From Gammaproteobacteria bacterium (lineage in GTDB: Bacteria > Pseudomonadota > Gammaproteobacteria > CBDBNL01 > JAAOII01), in the NCBI GenBank assembly GCA_965209035.1, contig OZ242372.1:1856001-1920000 (forward strand): DNA of 64,000 nt, written 5' to 3'. The first letter of the stretch is position 1. Every line of letters starts with the position of its first letter. A program made the translations under genes and the position numbers. Shown in pieces: positions 59,430-64,000 of this stretch. Below the pieces are notes generated by a model. It saw nothing but the letters and a program-made list of their open reading frames with translations. It ran no database searches and was not told where the DNA came from.

Positions 59430-60395
59430 ATGAGCATTACATACCATAATCAACAGTTCGCTTCCGCTGGCTATCCGCAGGTCTTTGTGATTAATTTACG
59501 CCGTAGCGCGGAAAGGCGCGAGAGTGTCCGGGAGCAACTCGGCAAGGCGAATATTCCCTATGCTCTGGTTGAAGCCGTTGACGGTAAGGAGATAACGGCG
59601 GATACTCTGGCTGCTTATAACTATTTCAAGGGTCAAAGAAAAGAATTGCCGGCGAACAATACTGCCTACCTCAATGGCGGTAAGAACTATCAGATACTAT
59701 CTTCAATTCTGGATCACGATATGGCAACGGGGGAAATAGGCTGTTTTCTCAGCCATTGCAAGATATACGCTCATATCCTCCAACACAAAATCCCGCTGTC
59801 AGTGATTTTGGAAGATGATGTATTGCTATCGCCGGATTTTTGCAAGGCACTCCTCGGATTAAAAAATTATTATCATGAGTATGGGGTTATTTTTCTGGGG
59901 ACTCACTACTTCCGCCCCAAATCTTTTATAGAAAAAAACTGTCCTATGTCCTTGTGGGGAAGAAAGAAGGTAACATCCGCGACAAAACTGGGTCATTTTA
60001 TTGATATCCCGTTTGCTTCTCATGGTTATGCGGTTTCTTGGCAGGGGGCTTGCGGTCTGCTTTCTCTCGCCATGCCGATGAGTGTTCCTTTGGATTGGTT
60101 ATTCACTCTTGGTCTTTATGACGATCGCTATCAAATTGCAGGCGTGAAACCTGAGATCGCCATGCAAGATCCTTCGAAAAATTCTACGATAGAAAGACAA
60201 CCCCGAGTTAATTCGACTGACTATGGACCCGGGAGGATACCTTGGAAAAATTATTTGAAGAAACGGTTTCCGTTATTACATCGTTTCTGGCTGGCAGTCA
60301 GGCAGGCAAGGTTGGCGGTCAGGCAGGCGGTCAAGCACTTGTGCAAACGGCTGAGGACAACCATGCTTCAGATGCTTCCAATCCGGCAGGTTTGA
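59430..60395 (+). CDS. Glycosyltransferase family 25 (LgtB/Lex2-like), copy 1
   Basis: FVINL.RS.ERR, EAVDG, GEIGCFLSH, ILEDDV, P.D motif. Confidence 0.9.
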   Translation: MSITYHNQQFASAGYPQVFVINLRRSAERRESVREQLGKANIPYALVEAVDGKEITADTLAAYNYFKGQRKELPANNTAYLNGGKNYQILSSILDHDMATGEIGCFLSHCKIYAHILQHKIPLSVILEDDVLLSPDFCKALLGLKNYYHEYGVIFLGTHYFRPKSFIEKNCPMSLWGRKKVTSATKLGHFIDIPFASHGYAVSWQGACGLLSLAMPMSVPLDWLFTLGLYDDRYQIAGVKPEIAMQDPSKNSTIERQPRVNSTDYGPGRIPWKNYLKKRFPLLHRFWLAVRQARLAVRQAVKHLCKRLRTTMLQMLPIRQV

Positions 60396-60415
60396 GGCGG
60401 AATTGTTTTCATCGG

Positions 60416-61348
60416 ATGAGCATTACATACCATAATCAACAGTTCGCTTCCGCCGGCTATCCGCAGATCTTTGTGATTAATTTACGTAGCAGTGCGGAAA
60501 GACGCGAGAGTATCCGGGAGCAACTCGGCAAGGCGAATATTCCCTATGCTTTGGTTGAAGCCGTTGACGGCAAGGAGATAACGGCGGACACTCCGGCTGC
60601 TTACAACTATTTTAAGAATCAAAGAGAAGAATTGCCGGCGAACAATACTGCCTACCTCAATGGCGGTAAGAACTATCAGATACTATCTTCAATTTTAGAG
60701 CATGATATGACAACGGGAGAAATAGGCTGTTTTCTCAGCCATTGCAAGATATATGCTCATATTGTTGAACACAAAATCCCGCTGTCAGTGATCTTGGAAG
60801 ATGATGTGTTGCTATCGACGGATTTCTGCAAGACGCTCCTTGGATTAAAGCATTATTATCACGAGTATGGGGTTATTTTTCTGGGGACTCACTACTTCCG
60901 GCACAAATCTTTTATAGAAAAAAATTGCCCTATGTACTTGTGGGGAAGAAAGAAGGTGACATCTAAGACCAAACTGGGTCATTTTATTGATATCCCGTTC
61001 GCTTCTCATGGTTATGCGGTTTCTAGGCAGGGGGCTTGTGGTCTGCTTTCTCTTGCTATGCCGATGAGTGTTCCTTTGGATTGGTTACTCACTCTTGGTC
61101 TTTATGACAATCGCTACAAAGTTGCAGGCGTAAAACCTGAGGTCGCAGTGCAGGATCCTGCAAAAAATTCCACGATAGAAAGGCACCCCGGGGTTAATTC
61201 GGCTGATTATGGACCCGGGAAAATACCTTGGAAAAATTATCTGAAGAAACGGTTTCCATTATTACATGGTTTCTGGCTGGCGTTCAGGCACTTTCGCCGC
61301 CGGCTGATGACAACCATGCTCCAGATTTTTCCGACCCGGCCGGCTTAA
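60416..61348 (+). CDS. Glycosyltransferase family 25, copy 2
   Basis: Same motifs; near-identical to copy 1. Start set by homology at MSITYHNQQF. Confidence 0.9.
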   Translation: MSITYHNQQFASAGYPQIFVINLRSSAERRESIREQLGKANIPYALVEAVDGKEITADTPAAYNYFKNQREELPANNTAYLNGGKNYQILSSILEHDMTTGEIGCFLSHCKIYAHIVEHKIPLSVILEDDVLLSTDFCKTLLGLKHYYHEYGVIFLGTHYFRHKSFIEKNCPMYLWGRKKVTSKTKLGHFIDIPFASHGYAVSRQGACGLLSLAMPMSVPLDWLLTLGLYDNRYKVAGVKPEVAVQDPAKNSTIERHPGVNSADYGPGKIPWKNYLKKRFPLLHGFWLAFRHFRRRLMTTMLQIFPTRPA

Positions 61349-61368
61349 GGCGCAATGATTCCAATCGG

Positions 61369-62349
61369 ATGAGCATTGAATATCATAATCAACAGTTCGC
61401 TTCCGCGGGTTATCCGCAGGTGTTCGTCATTAATTTATCGCGCAGCGTGAAAAGACGCAAGAGCATGCTGGAACAACTTGGCAAAGTAAATATTCCTTAC
61501 GCTCTGGTTGAAGCCATTGACGGCAAGGGTATAACGGCAGATGCTCCGGCTGCTTATAACTATTTCAAGGATCAAAGAGAAGAATTGCCAACGAATAATA
61601 CTGCCTATCTTAAAAGTTTCATGCTGCCCGGCGGCGGAAAAAACTTTCAAGTGTCATCTTCAATTATAGATCGCGATATGACGAGAGGAGAAATAGGCTG
61701 TTTTCTCAGTCATTGCAAGATATACGCTCATATCCTTCAACACAAAATCCCACTGTCAGTGATTTTGGAAGATGATGTGTTACTATCGCCGGATTTTGGT
61801 GATGTGCTCCTTGGGTTAAAACATTATTATGATGAGTATGAAGTGATTTTTCTTGGCACTAACTACTCCGGTTACAGATCTTTGATAGAGGAAGGCTGCC
61901 CTGTCTCTTTGTGGGGAAAAAAGAAGGTGACATCCGCGACTAAAATAGGTCATTTTGTTGATGTTCCCCTTGGTAGTCATGCTTATGTTGTTTCTTGGCG
62001 AGGGGTTCGCTGTCTGTTTTCTCTGGCTATGCCGATGAGCATTCCATTGGATTTGATGCTTACTCTTGGTTTCTATGATAATCGCTATAAAATTACAGGC
62101 ATAAAACCGGAGGCTGTCATGATAAAAGAAGATTTACAGAAAAATTCTGCAATAGATGGAATAGATATACGGCCGATGCTGCTTGTCAGACCGCCCTGGA
62201 GAGACAGGCTGGAAAAATGGCTTCCCTTATTACATCATTTCCTACGTGTGCTCTGGCGCTTTCCCCGACGTCTGAGAATAACCATGCTCCAGGTTTTTCC
62301 AACCTGGCCGGCTCAAAAGACGAAATTATTCCAATCGGATGAGCATTGA
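61369..62349 (+). CDS. Glycosyltransferase family 25, copy 3 (more diverged)
   Basis: Same motifs; insertion KSFMLP; TAA changed to CAA at the homologous stop, extending the C-terminus. Confidence 0.9.
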   Translation: MSIEYHNQQFASAGYPQVFVINLSRSVKRRKSMLEQLGKVNIPYALVEAIDGKGITADAPAAYNYFKDQREELPTNNTAYLKSFMLPGGGKNFQVSSSIIDRDMTRGEIGCFLSHCKIYAHILQHKIPLSVILEDDVLLSPDFGDVLLGLKHYYDEYEVIFLGTNYSGYRSLIEEGCPVSLWGKKKVTSATKIGHFVDVPLGSHAYVVSWRGVRCLFSLAMPMSIPLDLMLTLGFYDNRYKITGIKPEAVMIKEDLQKNSAIDGIDIRPMLLVRPPWRDRLEKWLPLLHHFLRVLWRFPRRLRITMLQVFPTWPAQKTKLFQSDEH

Positions 62350-62383
62350 ATATCATAATCAACAGTTCGCTCCCGCGGGCTAT
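62339..62383 (+). pseudogene. 5' stub of a fourth GT25 copy
   Basis: ATGAGCATTGAATATCATAATCAACAGTTCGCTCCCGCGGGCTAT repeats the start of copy 3, then similarity ends. Confidence 0.75.
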
Positions 62384-62480
62384 TTTTTTGATATCGAATT
62401 CAAGAGTGCCGCATAGGGAGAGGGGAGTGTTATCTTATCCATAACTTAGGGCATGCAAATCCTTCCATAAAATAACAACG

Positions 62481-63407
62481 ATGATACCAAATCAGTTAGA
62501 AAAAACGCAAACAAAAGGCGCGGATTTCGTCACTCTGGAAGAGACCATCGGTGAGACACCTTTGGTGCGGTTGCAACGATTACCGGGGACAGCAGACAAC
62601 GCGGTCTTATTGAAATTGGAAGGTAATAATCCGGCCGGCTCGGTGAAGGACAGAGCGGCAATTAATATGATTCGGACGGCCGAGCGGGATGGGACCATCC
62701 GCCCCGGCGAGCGTCTGGTAGAGGCGACCAGCGGCAATACTGGGATTGCTTTGGCGATGGCGGCCGCATTAAAGGGATATCAAATGATTTTAATTATGCC
62801 CGCCAACGCCAGCCAAGAGCGTAAGGACATCATGGGTGCTTATGGCGCAGAATTGATAGAGGTGACACAAGAGGAGGGCATGGAAGGTGCGCGCGATCTT
62901 GCCGAAGAGATGTCGCGCCGCGGTGACGCCAAGAGACTGGACCAGTTCAATAATGCCGCCAATCCGTTGGGACATTATCACGGGACGGGACCGGAAATCT
63001 GGCGACAGACAGAGGGGCGAATCACTCACTTTGTCAGTTCTATGGGGACTACGGGAACAGTCACGGGATGCAGTAGGTTCTTTAAGGAGAGAAATAAGGA
63101 TATTCGGATTATCGGCTTGCAGCCGGCCGAAGGAGCAAATATACCCGGTATTCGCAAATGGCCGTCGGCTTATATGCCGGGTATTTTTGATGATACTTAT
63201 ATAGACGAAATCCGGGATGTCAGTGAAGAGGAAGCGGTTGAGACGGCAAAGCTGCTCGCAAGAAAGGAGGGTATTTTTTGCGGTATTTCTTCCGGCGGGG
63301 CGGCCAGTGTGGCTCTGCGAATTGCCTGCGAGAGTAAAGATGCTGTCATCGTTTCCGTCGTTTGTGACAGGGGCGACAGATATTTGTCCACGAGAGTATT
63401 CGGCTGA
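62481..63407 (+). CDS. cysM: Cysteine synthase B
   Basis: IG.TPLVRL, KLEGNNPAGSVKDR, EATSGNTG, SSMGTTGT, IPGIRKW, DRGDRYLST. Confidence 0.95.
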   Translation: MIPNQLEKTQTKGADFVTLEETIGETPLVRLQRLPGTADNAVLLKLEGNNPAGSVKDRAAINMIRTAERDGTIRPGERLVEATSGNTGIALAMAAALKGYQMILIMPANASQERKDIMGAYGAELIEVTQEEGMEGARDLAEEMSRRGDAKRLDQFNNAANPLGHYHGTGPEIWRQTEGRITHFVSSMGTTGTVTGCSRFFKERNKDIRIIGLQPAEGANIPGIRKWPSAYMPGIFDDTYIDEIRDVSEEEAVETAKLLARKEGIFCGISSGGAASVALRIACESKDAVIVSVVCDRGDRYLSTRVFG

Positions 63408-63486
63408 TTTTACGGTTTTTATAATAATGAACGATAATGAACAATAATAAATAATAATAAACAATAATAAACAATGAAAAGAAAAA

Positions 63487-64000
63487 ATGAAACAGTTATT
63501 GCAAAATAAAACGATATTGATTGTCGGGGTGGCAAGCAAATTGTCCATCGCCGCGGGTATTGCCGAGTCCATGAAGGAGTGCGGTGCAAAGTTAATCTTT
63601 GGTTATCAAAACGAGAAGTTACGCAGTCGGACCGAGGAGATAGCGGCCCTGTGCGGTAGCACCAAGGAGGACTGCTTTGAGTGTGACCTTGGCAGTGACG
63701 AGCATATCGGTGAAATGTTTGCGGCCATTAAAGATAAGTACAAAAATTTGGACGGGGTTGTGCATTCGGTCGGTTTTGCGCCTCAGGATCAACTAAGGGG
63801 TGATTTCACCGAGGCAACAACCAGGGAGGGATTTCGTATTGCACACGATATCAGTGCCTATACTTTTATTGCTTTGGCGAAGGCGGCCGCACCTATGCTA
63901 AACCCCGGTTCCAATCTGCTGACTCTGACCTATTATGGTTCTCAGAAAACACTGCCGAACTATAATGTGATGGGTCTGGCAAAGGCAAGTTTGGAAGCAT
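63487..64000 (+). CDS. fabI: Enoyl-ACP reductase, 3'-truncated by window edge
   Basis: Manual translation [25 protein letters not shown]...YQNEKL...[13 protein letters not shown]...AHDISAY...LTYYG.....[15 protein letters not shown]. Confidence 0.93.
   Translation, partial: MKQLLQNKTILIVGVASKLSIAAGIAESMKECGAKLIFGYQNEKLRSRTEEIAALCGSTKEDCFECDLGSDEHIGEMFAAIKDKYKNLDGVVHSVGFAPQDQLRGDFTEATTREGFRIAHDISAYTFIALAKAAAPMLNPGSNLLTLTYYGSQKTLPNYNVMGLAKASLEA

Noticed and set aside
60242-60415. N-terminal extensions of GT25 copies 2 and 3 in the ORF track (also 61228-61368)
   Set aside because: They overlap the previous copy in another frame; homology places the starts at 60416 and 61369.

Overview
A 64-kb bacterial chromosome segment, most likely from a marine gammaproteobacterium (inferred from gene content; the adhesin and betaine genes would fit a host-associated lifestyle). 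Housekeeping genes: cysI, DUF934, cysG, lysC, pgk, tRNA-Arg(CCT), dac, lipB, lipA, dprA, sodB, tpiA, rnfG, rnfD, cysM and a partial fabI. A ~19-kb glycine betaine catabolic cluster comprises a BCCT transporter, soxBDAG and fdh on the plus strand, converging on dipeptidase-4VR-dgcAB-etfAB-gbcAB. There are two anti-phage loci: a complete type I Zorya operon, and McrBC preceded by a free-standing paralogue of the McrB N-terminal domain and followed by a 37-bp repeat/34-bp spacer/37-bp repeat. The most unusual structure is a nested mobile element at 22024-28904. It is an IS1634-like shell (14-bp terminal inverted repeats, 80-bp flanking direct repeats, decayed transposase) that carries a ~5.3-kb repeat-rich lipoprotein adhesin gene. 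The adhesin gene is itself bracketed by 65-bp direct repeats and has a 1-bp frameshift. Other points: a tandem array of three GT25 glycosyltransferases plus a stub of a fourth, pseudogenes (sat, DUF815 ATPase), a pgk stop codon lying inside a tRNA, and many short tandem micro-duplications. All calls come from motif recognition by eye; no database searches were run.
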